Assembly (NCBI GenBank): GCA_003152555.1
Contig: PMAL01000141.1
Span: forward strand, 2,109 to 46,455
Direction of reading: 5' to 3'
DNA from: Acidimicrobiaceae bacterium
GTDB taxonomy: Bacteria; Actinomycetota; Acidimicrobiia; Acidimicrobiales; RAAP-2
Length of the DNA: 44,347 nt
In this document: positions 9,719 to 19,502 of the stretch, in pieces
Numbering within the stretch: the stretch's first letter is position 1
How the letters are laid out: every line of letters begins with the position of its first letter
Notes under the pieces: model-generated
Told to the model about the DNA's origin: nothing
Databases searched by the model: none
What the model saw: the letters and a program-made list of their open reading frames with translations, nothing else
Made by a program: the position numbers and the translations under genes

Positions 9719-10800
9719 ATCACGACGACGGAGCGCAGCACCTCTCCGCGCTCCATTCGATGAAATGCCTCCTCAACGTCACCCAGGGAAATGGTCTCGC
9801 TGACGAATCGGTCGAGGTCGAGGCGACCTTCAAGATAGAGGTCAACGAGCATCGGGAAGTCGCGCGACGGCAGGCAGTCCCCGTACCAACTCGGCTTAAG
9901 TTGTCCGCCACGTCCGAAGAAATCGATCATTGCCAAGTCGATACGCATCTCGGGTGTAGGCACGCCAACTTGAACCAGGGTGCCGGCGAGGTCCCTCGCG
10001 TAAAAAGCCTGCTCCATCACTTTCGAATTGCCCACTGCCTCAATGCAGACATTGGCGCCGTTGCCGTCAGTCAACCCGCGAACCGCTTCGACGACGTCCT
10101 CGCTCGAAGCGTTGACAACATGGGTGGCCCCGAACTCTCGAGCGCGATCGAGTTTGCGCGGATCAAGGTCGATGGCAATGATGGTCGTGGCCCCGGCGAG
10201 ATGTGCACCGACGATCGCCGCGCAACCAACGCCCCCACAGCCAAAGACCGCCACGGAGTCACCCACACCCACCTCGCCGGTACGCATCGCCGCGCCCAGT
10301 CCGGCCATCACGCCGCAGCCCAAGAGGCCGACCGCTTCGGGCCGAGCCTTCGGGTTGACCTTGGTGCACTGGCCCGCCGCCACCAGCGTCTTCTCTGCGA
10401 ACGCGCCGATTCCCAGCGCCGCCGACAGCGGCGTCCCGTCAGTCAATGTCATCTTCTGCGTCGCGTTGATAGTGGAAAAGCAGTACCAGGGCCGTCCCCG
10501 TCGACACGAACGACACTCTCCACACACCGCGCGCCAATTCAATACGACGAAATCACCGGGTTGCACCGACGTGACGTCAGGCCCAACACTTTCGACGACA
10601 CCCGCTGCCTCGTGTCCGAGAAGGAATGGGAACTCATCGTTGATTGCACCCTCGCGGTAATGCAAGTCCGTATGGCAGACACCGCACGCCTGGACGCGCA
10701 CGAGGGCCTCACCCGACCCCGGATCGGGCACCACGACGGTTACGAGTGATACCGGCTCACCTTTGGCCATCGCGACGACTCCTTGGACCTGCGACGCCAT
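9715..10800 (-). CDS. mscR: S-(hydroxymethyl)mycothiol dehydrogenase / S-nitrosomycothiol reductase (Zn-dependent MDR)
   Basis: [48 protein letters not shown], ends VLRSVV; SD AAGGAG. Confidence 0.9.
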   Translation of the reverse strand: MASQVQGVVAMAKGEPVSLVTVVVPDPGSGEALVRVQACGVCHTDLHYREGAINDEFPFLLGHEAAGVVESVGPDVTSVQPGDFVVLNWRAVCGECRSCRRGRPWYCFSTINATQKMTLTDGTPLSAALGIGAFAEKTLVAAGQCTKVNPKARPEAVGLLGCGVMAGLGAAMRTGEVGVGDSVAVFGCGGVGCAAIVGAHLAGATTIIAIDLDPRKLDRAREFGATHVVNASSEDVVEAVRGLTDGNGANVCIEAVGNSKVMEQAFYARDLAGTLVQVGVPTPEMRIDLAMIDFFGRGGQLKPSWYGDCLPSRDFPMLVDLYLEGRLDLDRFVSETISLGDVEEAFHRMERGEVLRSVVVM

Positions 10801-11109
10801 CGTGTGCTCCTTGTCGGTTTCGGCCTCATTGTACAGTGGACCTCTTGAGGATCGCAGTCAGATTTTCGGCTACTCGCGTCCGCTCAAAGCGAATTGTTAC
10901 TCCAATCGCGTAATGTCTGGTAGCGGTCGGACGCAAAGAGGCACGTAGGCCACCGCTTCGAAAGAGGCCAGAAGCAGAGACCGGCCAGACGTCGTCAGGC
11001 ACGGCAACTGACACGACGGTCACATCATCAAGAGGGAGGAAATCAGGTTCATGAGCACGACCATCATCTGTCCTCTTTCTCTTGCTCGCGCAACCCAAAG
11101 AAGCGTGGC

Positions 11110-12039
11110 GTGACGAGCGAACCGATTCTCGAGGCGCACGAACTCGTCAAGCGTTTCGGCGACTTTGAAGCGGTCAAAGGAGTGAGCTTCACCATCCTGC
11201 GCGGTGAGACGTTCGGCTTCCTCGGCCCCAATGGCGCGGGTAAAACCAGCACGATGCGAATGATCTCGGCAGTTTCCCAGCCCAGTTCAGGCACCCTCAC
11301 GATCCTCGGCCTCGACCCCAGCGCACACGGTCCCGAGATTCGTGGTCGCTTGGGCGTGGTGCCCCAGGAGGACACGCTCGAGCTGGAGCTCTCCGTACGC
11401 CAAAACCTAGAGATGTTCGGTCGCTACTTCGACCTCTCACGCGACATCCTGCGCGCGCGAGCGTCAGAACTTCTCGAGTTCGCCCAGCTGTCCGACCGAG
11501 CGAACGACAAGGTTGACGATCTATCGGGTGGCATGAAGCGCCGCTTGACCATCGCGAGGGCATTGATCAACCAACCAGAGCTCCTGATCCTCGACGAACC
11601 CACTACGGGCCTGGACCCTCAGGCACGACACTTACTCTGGGAGCGGCTATACCGCCTGAAGCGTGACGGGGTCACGCAAATCATCACGACCCACTACATG
11701 GACGAGGCCGAGCAGTTGTGCGACCGCCTGGTGGTGATGGATCACGGTACCATCGTCGCCGAGGGTCCACCTCGCGAGCTCATCGCGCAGCACTCGACGC
11801 GCGAAGTGGTCGAACTGCGTTTCGACACCGATTCACCTGGAGAGATCCACTCCCGCCTCACTCCATTTGCGCAGCGAGTCGAGGTGCTGCCGGACCGGGT
11901 ACTGCTCTACGTCGACGCCGGCGACGACACGTTGCGAGAGATTCACGAAGTCGGGATCGTGCCCGCGAGCGCGCTCGTTCGTCGCAGTTCACTCGAGGAC
12001 GTCTTCTTGCACCTCACCGGCCGGACTCTGGTGGACTGA
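11110..12039 (+). CDS. ABC exporter ATP-binding subunit (NodI/DrrA-like)
   Basis: GPNGAGKTS, LSGGMKRRL, LDEPTTGLDPQARH, TTHYMDEAEQLCD and C-terminal SLEDVFLHLTG. Confidence 0.92.
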   Translation: MTSEPILEAHELVKRFGDFEAVKGVSFTILRGETFGFLGPNGAGKTSTMRMISAVSQPSSGTLTILGLDPSAHGPEIRGRLGVVPQEDTLELELSVRQNLEMFGRYFDLSRDILRARASELLEFAQLSDRANDKVDDLSGGMKRRLTIARALINQPELLILDEPTTGLDPQARHLLWERLYRLKRDGVTQIITTHYMDEAEQLCDRLVVMDHGTIVAEGPPRELIAQHSTREVVELRFDTDSPGEIHSRLTPFAQRVEVLPDRVLLYVDAGDDTLREIHEVGIVPASALVRRSSLEDVFLHLTGRTLVD

Positions 12040-12041
12040 GC

Positions 12042-12839
12042 GTGTCGAACACGCTCGATGTTTCCCTCGGCTGGCCGCGTTGGCGTCGAAGTTGGTGGTA
12101 TCACGCGACGTACTACGCCCAGACCTGGCGCGGGTCCGTGGCGAGCACGGTGCTCTTTCCCATCTTCTACCTCGCCGCGCTCGGCGTGGGCGTGGGTCAC
12201 TTGGTCAACGCGCACACGGGCCTCGTCCAAGGTCAGACCTACATTCACTTCATCGCGCCGAGCCTGCTCGCCACGACGACAATGCAACTGGGCGAAAGCG
12301 AGTCCCTCTGGCCGGTGCTCGCCGCCATCAAATGGATTCGCACGTATCATGCGGCGGTCGCGACGCCGCTTGAGCCCGAGGACATCCTGTACGGCAAGTT
12401 GACGTGGGTCGTCACTCGGGCCTTGGCCACGGGCGTTGTCTACACGATCGTCATTGGTTCTTTCGGCGCCTTGCAGTCCTGGTGGAGCTTGACCCTGCCG
12501 CTCATTGGTGCGCTCATCACGTTGGCCTTCGCCGCGCCATTAGTGGCGTTCGCCGCCACGGCGCAGTCCGATGGTTCGTTCACCACGATCTACCGCTTCG
12601 GCTTCGTGCCGATGTTCCTCTTCTCCGCGACGTTCTTTCCAGTCTCGGCCTACCCCGGCTACCTGCGGCCCGTGGTGCAATTCGTGCCGCTCTACCACGG
12701 CGTCGCCCTCGCGCGTGCAGCCGCCTTCGGCGCGGGGTCCTTCAGCGCCATCATCTTTCACCTCGCTTTCCTCGTAGTGATGGCGGTCGCCGGCGTTGCC
12801 TGGGGTCGCCACACGATGCGCCGCCGGTTGGTGGACTGA
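12042..12839 (+). CDS. ABC-2 permease (NodJ-like) subunit 1
   Basis: GTG at 12042 immediately after the ATPase stop, inside the 11718-12839 ORF; multi-TM; PMFLFSATFFP motif. Confidence 0.85.
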   Translation: MSNTLDVSLGWPRWRRSWWYHATYYAQTWRGSVASTVLFPIFYLAALGVGVGHLVNAHTGLVQGQTYIHFIAPSLLATTTMQLGESESLWPVLAAIKWIRTYHAAVATPLEPEDILYGKLTWVVTRALATGVVYTIVIGSFGALQSWWSLTLPLIGALITLAFAAPLVAFAATAQSDGSFTTIYRFGFVPMFLFSATFFPVSAYPGYLRPVVQFVPLYHGVALARAAAFGAGSFSAIIFHLAFLVVMAVAGVAWGRHTMRRRLVD

Positions 12840-13627
12840 TGCTGACGCGCACCCTGCCCCAGTTCGGCTCGCGTCGCTCACTGCATATCTTCGAGCGCAA
12901 CTTCATGGTCTACCGCTCCCAGTGGCTCATGCTGGTCTCGGGCTTCTTCGAGCCCCTCTTCTATCTACTGAGCATCGGGATCGGTCTCAACCACCTCGTC
13001 GGCCCTCTCCCGATCAACGGTCGGTTCATCAGCTACGCCACCTTCGTCGCCCCCGGGATGCTCGCGACGTCGGCGATGAACGGCGCGGTTATCGACTCGA
13101 TTTTCAACACGTTCTTCCGGCTCAAGATCTCGCACGCCTACGACGCCATTCTCTCGACACCCCTCGACGTCACCGACGTCGCCCTGGGCGAAGTCTGGTG
13201 GGCGCTGGCGCGCGCCACCGTTTACGCGGCATCCTTCATCATCTGCATGACGCTGCTCGGCGACGCGGGCAGCGTCTGGGTGGTGCTGTGCTGGCCCGCG
13301 GCCATCCTCACCAGCCTCACGTTCAGTTGCCTCGGGCTCGCTGGTTGCACGTACATACGCTCGTGGCAAGATTTCGACCTGGTCGCCCTAATCCAACTAC
13401 CGCTGTTCTTGTTCTCGGCGACCTTCTTTCCAATTTCGCTCTACCCGCATTGGCTCGGGGCCCTCGTCTCCTTCTCCCCGCTCTACCAGTCAGCAGCCTT
13501 GATGCGCGGCCTCGACCTCGGTCAGTTCGACTTCATCATGATTTTTCGCTCGGGTTACCTGTTGGCGCTGGCCGCCGTTGGACTCATAATCGCCGCTCGG
13601 CGCTTCCGACGAATCCTCGTTCCCTAA
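12839..13627 (+). CDS. ABC-2 permease (NodJ-like) subunit 2
   Basis: TGATG coupling at 12837-12841; SGFFEPLFYL, PGMLATSAMNGA and PLFLFSATFFP. Confidence 0.87.
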   Translation: MLTRTLPQFGSRRSLHIFERNFMVYRSQWLMLVSGFFEPLFYLLSIGIGLNHLVGPLPINGRFISYATFVAPGMLATSAMNGAVIDSIFNTFFRLKISHAYDAILSTPLDVTDVALGEVWWALARATVYAASFIICMTLLGDAGSVWVVLCWPAAILTSLTFSCLGLAGCTYIRSWQDFDLVALIQLPLFLFSATFFPISLYPHWLGALVSFSPLYQSAALMRGLDLGQFDFIMIFRSGYLLALAAVGLIIAARRFRRILVP

Positions 13628-13667
13628 CTTGCGACTGTCGTTGATTTGGACATCGCAGCTCGGACAG

Positions 13668-14435
13668 CTACATCGTTGGCGTGAGGCCTGCGTCGACAAC
13701 GAATTCGGCACCGGTCACGGCGGAGGCCCGGGGCGAGCACACGAAGCAAACGCAATTGGCAATTTCCTCGGGGTCAATAAACCGCTTCATCGGCGTGCTG
13801 GCGGCAGTCTCGTCGGCGATATCGCTCGCGACCGTTCCCTTCATCGCCGACACTTGACTCGCTATCCCATCATCACCGAGCCACATCGGCGTCGCGGTCA
13901 GTCCGGGCGACACCGTCACCACGCGAATTCCTTGAGCCGCGTACTCCGTGGCGATGGCCTTACCGACGCTGAGCAGTGCCGCTTTCGACGCGCTGTAGGC
14001 GGGACCGTCTTGCGCGGGCAGGCGCGCGTTCACCGACGCCACGTTTACAATGACGCCGCCGTTGTGCGTCATGTATGGAATCGCGACGCGCATCGATCGC
14101 ACTGCTGCCATGAAATTGAGTTCCATTGTCTTCGTCCACTGATCAAGATCTTGCGCGAGGAATCCTTCAACGACCAGCGCCACCGCCGCATTGTTCACCA
14201 GGATGTCGAGGCGACCGTGCACGTCCATCGCGTGCTCAATCATCCGCTGCGGTGTCTCGGGCAACGAGAGGTCCGCCACAAAATGCGTGATGCCCTTCAC
14301 CTCGCCATCAGGCTCGCGTCGCGATACGCCAACGACCTTTACTCCTTCTGAGGCAAGCGCAATCGCAGTCGCGCGACCAATGCCAGTACTGGCTCCCGTT
14401 ACGACGGCGACCTGTCCATCAAGGTGAAGATCCAC
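13668..14435 (-). CDS. SDR family NAD(P)-dependent oxidoreductase
   Basis: TGASTGIG, NNAA and YSASK; GTG at 14435 lies 7 nt after a TAGGTT -10-like hexamer. Confidence 0.9.
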   Translation of the reverse strand: MDLHLDGQVAVVTGASTGIGRATAIALASEGVKVVGVSRREPDGEVKGITHFVADLSLPETPQRMIEHAMDVHGRLDILVNNAAVALVVEGFLAQDLDQWTKTMELNFMAAVRSMRVAIPYMTHNGGVIVNVASVNARLPAQDGPAYSASKAALLSVGKAIATEYAAQGIRVVTVSPGLTATPMWLGDDGIASQVSAMKGTVASDIADETAASTPMKRFIDPEEIANCVCFVCSPRASAVTGAEFVVDAGLTPTM

Positions 14436-14504
14436 GAAGAATAACCTAGTGAAAACGCCGGGGTCCAAGTTGCGTTGGCGCTCACCATGGGTGGGCGACC
14501 CTCA

Positions 14505-15416
14505 TCACCAACTAGACGGCAAGACGCGAACAATCTCTTTGGCAATTGCCACGTACCCGATGTCGTTGGGATGATCATCGGGACCCCACGGGTACGCGCG
14601 GCACATGAACGTGTAGGCGCACACCTGATCGACGTTTCTAGGCACGATTTCGCCTCCGGAAATTCTGGTTGACGTTGAATCCGAATTGAGGAATGCCGCC
14701 GGGACATCCGCGACCGCAACTCCGGCCTTACGGTACACCGTCGTCAACTCTTGATTCAGTTCCGTGATCACGTTGAGGGTCTGCGTGGCGTAACTACGTT
14801 CATCCGAGCTCAGCAAGAAGCGCGCGAGAAATGGGTCAGGGTATTCCATCCCTACAAAGTGCACATTCGGTCCCGCGGCACTCTTGAGTTTCGCCACGAC
14901 CTTCGGCAAATCTGCGTTCACGAGTTCCTTGGCCTCATCGACGCAGCCCACTTCAACCTGTGCCGTTTCTATGCACGGCTGCACGTCGTTAAATCCAATG
15001 TCAATCGACACCACACCCGTGTCGTCGTGGTGCGCGTTCAAGAAATTCTGTGCGCGCGACATCTGCGTCGTGGGCAATTTGTAGCAGTGATCCTTCAAGC
15101 CCAACAGCGTCACTACCGTTTCGCCGGGGCAACCCATTTTTGTGAGCGTCAGGTCAATTTTCGACGCTTCGAGTCTCACCACCACGTTCGCGTAACCGTT
15201 GTTCGAGGGCTTATCTAGCAATGCGCCGTCTTTTGTTAACTGTCCCGTGGGCTCGTAACCAAGCGAACTTGATCCGCCAACGTCCAGGTAAAATCCTGTC
15301 GGCAATGTTGCCGAGCTCGCGCGTTGCGGCGCGCGGAACCATGCAGTGCCACTCACCAGCACAATCAGTGCGCCAAATGCGAGTCGGGTTGCGGTCCGGC
15401 GCCTTAGCATCGGCAT
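14505..15416 (-). CDS. Exported SGNH/GDSL-family hydrolase, paralog 1
   Basis: Signal peptide; block I variant GGSSS, block III IGFND, block V DDHPN..GY; purine-rich SD before ATG 15416. Confidence 0.78.
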   Translation of the reverse strand: MPMLRRRTATRLAFGALIVLVSGTAWFRAPQRASSATLPTGFYLDVGGSSSLGYEPTGQLTKDGALLDKPSNNGYANVVVRLEASKIDLTLTKMGCPGETVVTLLGLKDHCYKLPTTQMSRAQNFLNAHHDDTGVVSIDIGFNDVQPCIETAQVEVGCVDEAKELVNADLPKVVAKLKSAAGPNVHFVGMEYPDPFLARFLLSSDERSYATQTLNVITELNQELTTVYRKAGVAVADVPAAFLNSDSTSTRISGGEIVPRNVDQVCAYTFMCRAYPWGPDDHPNDIGYVAIAKEIVRVLPSSW

Positions 15417-15627
15417 TCCCCTTCCCTTTCGAGTTGACATTGCGAAGGACTCAACATCGCGGGCCATTATGCGCGACATTCCGACGTGGTGGAATTTTAA
15501 AATTTCTAGTGGCGACGTACGGCGTCAACGAACCATCGCCACCAATGTTAGACGTTGAGGTGCCGGCTACGGTCTCAGCGGCGCAGATGTGTCGCATCGT
15601 CTCTCGTCCTGAGCGTTTCGATACGCA

Positions 15628-16539
15628 TTATTTCTCGCCACCACGCAGTGAGGCGAAGACGGACTGCGCAATCATGCGGTAGCCCCTGTTGTTGGGGTGA
15701 TCGTCGGGACCCCACGGCGGCTCTCGACACATCCACGTTGTCACGCAGGCCATCGCAACGTTTTTCGGAACTCGCTCACCGTTAGAACGACGAACGAGGG
15801 CCGTGTCGCGAAGTTTGAACTTTCCGACAATGTTGGCGACGTCGATGTGCGCGTTCGAATACACCTGTACCAGTGCCCGGTCAAGGCTTTCAATGGCCAT
15901 CAGGGTGAAGCGCGCCAACCGTGGACCGGTGGCACCAACCAAGTAGTGGCTCAGGAAGGGATCACCATAGGGAATGCCGACAAACTCAACGCGTGGGCCG
16001 CTGGCCGCCTTCAATTTTGAGAGTACCGTCGGCAGAACTTTTTTCACCGTGGTAATCGCGTCTGCGACGCATTTCCGCCCTACCGAAAATTCGTGCAGGC
16101 AGGGCCGGATGTCGTTAAATCCCAAATCGATCGTCACGATGCCGTCCTCGTTATGAAGCGACTTGAGCGAGCTTTGAGCTTTTGCCAACATCGTCGTAGG
16201 CGTCGAATAGCAGTTGTCGCCTCCGGACGACATGTATTCAATTGTCTCTCCGGGGCAGGCGAGATTGTGTATGTCGAGTGCGACGTCGTGGTCCGACTCA
16301 ATGTCTGCGAGATCGTTCACGTATCCGTTCTCGGTGGAACTTTCGTCGGGTCCTCGAACACCTTCTGTTCCGGTGGGCTCAAATCCCTTCGCCGATGACG
16401 CACCGATGACCATATAGAAAACTGTCTTCGGATTGCTTTTGAGTAAATCCACACCGGCAACGCAGAGTCCTGCAATAACGACAAGAACCGCCAGAAGTCT
16501 TACGGTTCGACGCCGCCCAGGCGCAAAGCGGGTTCGCAC
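15628..16539 (-). CDS. Exported SGNH/GDSL-family hydrolase, paralog 2
   Basis: N-terminal signal/TM segment; GASSA, CPGET, LGFND and PWGPDDHPN..GY; GTG 16539 lies 6 nt after TACGAT. Confidence 0.78.
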   Translation of the reverse strand: MRTRFAPGRRRTVRLLAVLVVIAGLCVAGVDLLKSNPKTVFYMVIGASSAKGFEPTGTEGVRGPDESSTENGYVNDLADIESDHDVALDIHNLACPGETIEYMSSGGDNCYSTPTTMLAKAQSSLKSLHNEDGIVTIDLGFNDIRPCLHEFSVGRKCVADAITTVKKVLPTVLSKLKAASGPRVEFVGIPYGDPFLSHYLVGATGPRLARFTLMAIESLDRALVQVYSNAHIDVANIVGKFKLRDTALVRRSNGERVPKNVAMACVTTWMCREPPWGPDDHPNNRGYRMIAQSVFASLRGGEK

Positions 16540-16699
16540 TGGCCAATCGTAAGTTGTTGTGGCGAGGATTCTCTTAAGTTCACTTAAGTATTTCCATAAA
16601 GTTCGCAGAGAACGAAACCGTCCCGACTCCAAACGCCGACAACTTTGAAGACTGATTGCCACCGAGGACGATGTCAGGGACGAACGGTACCATCGGACC

Positions 16700-17881
16700 G
16701 TGCCCGTCACAACGCCTGACTCGACTGCCCGCGACACGCTGTCCGCCAAGGAAGCAACTCGAATTGCCCTCTTCGCCCAAGGAATGCGCGGACCGCGTTT
16801 GCGCGGTGGACCCGCCAAAGTCGTGCATCACCTACGTGGCGTGCAGCTCGACACGATCTGCGTGTTGGCCCGTTCCCACGAACTGGTGAACTTCGCGAGA
16901 TTAGGCGCACTGCCGAGAAAGAAGATTGAAGACGCCTACTGGGGGCGGCGAAGTCAAACTTTCGAATACTGGTCGCACGCGGCCTGCGTGTTGCCGCTCG
17001 AACTCTGGCCGGCGTACGCGGCGAAGCGACGGGCTCGCGCCGCGCGGGGTTTCCGCTGGCACCAGCTTCAAGACCACCAACGGAGTTGCGCCGACGTGGT
17101 AGCGCGCCTGCGTGATGGTGGTCCGCTCACCGCACGCGGGCTAGGTGGTGCAAAAAAGAGCGGGACCTGGTGGGACTGGTCGGAGATCAAGATCGCGGCA
17201 GAGTGGATGCTCGACGTGGGCACCGTCGTCTGTCGCGAGCGACGGGGCTTTGAGCGGGTGTACGACCTCGCCGAGGGTGCCATTCCCGAGGAGCTTCTCG
17301 GACTCGAGTTCGACGACGAATCGTGCGCTCGCATTCTTGTCGAGTCGGCCGGCCGGGCCATGGGTGTCGCCACCATTGCCGATCTGGCTGCATATCACGG
17401 GCTGAGAAACAGCGTCGTGCGTTCTGTCTTGGCCAACACGTCGCTGCGAGCGGTACGTGTCGAGGGATGGCGTGATCGGGCCTACCTCGCCGAGAACGCT
17501 GAGGCGGGATTGGCGTCAGGACTTCGGGGTCGAACGGTCTTGTTGTCGCCATTTGATTCGCTGCTGTGGGACCGCGCGCGACTAGAGCGGCTGTTCCACT
17601 TCACGTACCGCCTCGAAGCGTACGTACCAGCACCAAAACGAGTGGTTGGATACTACGCCATGCCAATACTCGCCGGTGATCGAATTGTGGGTCTCGTCGA
17701 TCCCAAGCGTGCGGGTGATACGTTGCACGCTCGCCACGTGGTCATCCACGACACCCGGGCGATTGAACACATTGCGGTTGCGCTTCGAGAAGCGGCGACG
17801 TGGGTTGGCTGCGAGCACGTCGTCATCGACCGTGTCACGCCCACTGAAAGTCACACGGCGCTTCGCGCCGCCCTGCTCTAG
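16700..17881 (+). CDS. YcaQ/AlkZ-family (HTH_42) winged-helix DNA crosslink-repair glycosylase
   Basis: QLD catalytic motif (VQLDTICVLARSH), FEYWSHAA, WWDWS, LLSPFDSLLWDR and YRLEAYVPAPKR..GYY. Confidence 0.87.
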   Translation: MPVTTPDSTARDTLSAKEATRIALFAQGMRGPRLRGGPAKVVHHLRGVQLDTICVLARSHELVNFARLGALPRKKIEDAYWGRRSQTFEYWSHAACVLPLELWPAYAAKRRARAARGFRWHQLQDHQRSCADVVARLRDGGPLTARGLGGAKKSGTWWDWSEIKIAAEWMLDVGTVVCRERRGFERVYDLAEGAIPEELLGLEFDDESCARILVESAGRAMGVATIADLAAYHGLRNSVVRSVLANTSLRAVRVEGWRDRAYLAENAEAGLASGLRGRTVLLSPFDSLLWDRARLERLFHFTYRLEAYVPAPKRVVGYYAMPILAGDRIVGLVDPKRAGDTLHARHVVIHDTRAIEHIAVALREAATWVGCEHVVIDRVTPTESHTALRAALL

Positions 17882-17957
17882 CGACTCCGGCTTCGTCGCA
17901 ACCTACCAACGTACCCAGCGACGGACTGAACGACTTATTTGGAGTCGTCGATGCGTC

Positions 17958-18974
17958 TTACAGCTGATGTGATGCGAAGAACGACCACATCAGGGAATTG
18001 GCGTTAATCGCGTCGGATTGAGGGCCGAGTAGGTCGGTAATGCTCGAGGGCATGGTTGGTCCGCCGGGCCACTCGTGGCCCTCGCCAATCACTTCGTAGA
18101 GTTCCACCGCTGCGCCCTTCGCGCACTTCGAATACGAACTGAATATGACGCCGCTGGACTTAGACACTGTTGGCGATTTAGAACAATGGTCCTGCTTGGC
18201 CCAGTCTTTCGCCGCGGTCCGCACGGAGTAGGTCCAATAGGCCTCTCCCTTACCCGCGAAGGGATCGACGAGGTCATCTGAACCATGAAAGGCGATTACC
18301 GGCACTGCCCGCGTCGCCGGACAGGGCTTGGGATGGCGCAGCCCGCTCACGGGAGCAACCGCCGCAAAGATCTTCGAGTCGTCGCACGCGAGTTGGCTCA
18401 CTTCGCGCGCCCCTCCGGAAAATCCAGTGGCGTAGACGGCCATTGGATTGACGCAGTACATGTGTTCTAAGGCGCCCACCAGATTGGTGAGGAACTTCAC
18501 GTCATTTGGCGACCCCGCGGGCACGGCACGTCCGCCGACCAGGGGTTCGCCCGGTACATTCCAGTCATATCCCGTGCGATCGGGAATGAGCGCCTGGGGA
18601 AACGCCACGATGAAATTATCCTCATCAGCGGTTTGATCCATGTCACTGAACACATCTTGTGCCGCCGCCGTGCTGCCGCTGCCGTGCAGGTTGAGAACCA
18701 GTGGAAGCTTGCTCTCGTTGGTGTAGGTCGTCGGCACGTGCACGATCACCGTTCGATTGATGCCATCAATTTTCAGCGAAAGGATTGCCGTCTTGGGCGA
18801 GCCAACACCGCATCCTGAGGCCGAACTTTTCGCACCAGACGCCGAAGCCGGACTAGCCAGGCCAAGACTCGCGAATGGCATCGCGATCAAGGACAACACC
18901 GCGAAGACGGTGAGACACCGACGTCGTCGTGTGCGCGTAGGCATCACCACATCATTAGACGCTGTCCCATTCAT
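17958..18974 (-). CDS. Secreted alpha/beta-hydrolase esterase (PHB depolymerase/LpqC-like)
   Basis: SD AAAGGAG before ATG 18974; signal peptide ending ASPASA; LHGSG, GFSGG nucleophile, HGSDD and GHEWPG. Confidence 0.85.
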   Translation of the reverse strand: MNGTASNDVVMPTRTRRRRCLTVFAVLSLIAMPFASLGLASPASASGAKSSASGCGVGSPKTAILSLKIDGINRTVIVHVPTTYTNESKLPLVLNLHGSGSTAAAQDVFSDMDQTADEDNFIVAFPQALIPDRTGYDWNVPGEPLVGGRAVPAGSPNDVKFLTNLVGALEHMYCVNPMAVYATGFSGGAREVSQLACDDSKIFAAVAPVSGLRHPKPCPATRAVPVIAFHGSDDLVDPFAGKGEAYWTYSVRTAAKDWAKQDHCSKSPTVSKSSGVIFSSYSKCAKGAAVELYEVIGEGHEWPGGPTMPSSITDLLGPQSDAINANSLMWSFFASHQL

Positions 18975-18995
18975 CTTCGCTCCTTTCGAGAATAG

Positions 18996-19042
18996 GCAAT
19001 AGTGTTGCATAATTTGGCCAATTCCGCAACCATGTTGCATAA
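18996..19042. promoter_or_regulatory. Two tandem GCAA-N5-TTGC palindromes (putative MarR operators) in the divergent promoter
   Basis: GCAATAGTGTTGCATAA (18996-19012) and GCAACCATGTTGCATAA (19026-19042), 30 bp apart, between the esterase and marR. Confidence 0.7.
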
Positions 19043-19058
19043 CAACTACGATGATTCC

Positions 19059-19502
19059 GTGACAGAGAGTCAAAGCCCGCCAAAACTCTTTGGCGACCTG
19101 CTGGCCCTCGCCCGACGGGGTTGGGTGCTTGAGATGTCCAAGAGACTCGACAATCTCGGATATCCGGACTATCGCCGCAGTGACGCCGTCCTGCTTCGGT
19201 GGCTGCGCCACGGCCCCCTGCCCTTCAGCGAACTCGCGGCCACGCTCGGCGTGTCGCGTCAGGCGGCTCGAAAACTCGTCGATGGACTGACGGTGCGACA
19301 CTTCGCGATCGTCGAGCGTGACCGGGACGATGCTCGACGACTCAACGTTGCGCTCACCGTGGCGGGCGAGGTCTACGCCCGCCACGTACTCGACGTCGTC
19401 ACGGCGCTCAATTCGGAACTCGACGAGCACGTAGACCCCTACGATTTAGCGGTCGTTAAGTCCGTGTTGCGTACGGTGTCTACGCTTTATGCCAGTGATT
19501 GA
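19059..19502 (+). CDS. MarR-family transcriptional regulator
   Basis: wHTH SELAATLGVSRQAARKLVDGL and wing DDARRLNVALT..G; leaderless GTG 6 nt after TACGAT. Confidence 0.87.
   Translation: MTESQSPPKLFGDLLALARRGWVLEMSKRLDNLGYPDYRRSDAVLLRWLRHGPLPFSELAATLGVSRQAARKLVDGLTVRHFAIVERDRDDARRLNVALTVAGEVYARHVLDVVTALNSELDEHVDPYDLAVVKSVLRTVSTLYASD

Noticed and set aside
9694-10749. 351-aa plus-strand ORF and similar long antisense ORFs over gyrA, gyrB, trxA/trxB, pstP and murJ
   Set aside because: Shadow ORFs opposite well-conserved genes, expected from high-GC codon bias; no recognisable motifs.
10826-11098. 90-aa minus-strand ORF between mscR and the ABC operon
   Set aside because: No recognisable motif or start signal; the region more likely holds divergent promoters.
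11718-12838. Long N-terminal extensions on the permease ORFs (also on the esterase, SGNH2, dsbA, trxA and rpmH ORFs)
   Set aside because: The extensions overlap neighbouring genes or promoters; better starts with coupling, SD or leaderless signals lie downstream.
12029-12839. Identical TGGTGGACTGA ending two consecutive ABC genes (12029-12039 and 12829-12839)
   Set aside because: Only 11 bp; explained by a shared LVD-stop ending and an SD-like GGTGG for translational coupling, with no sign of a recombination site.
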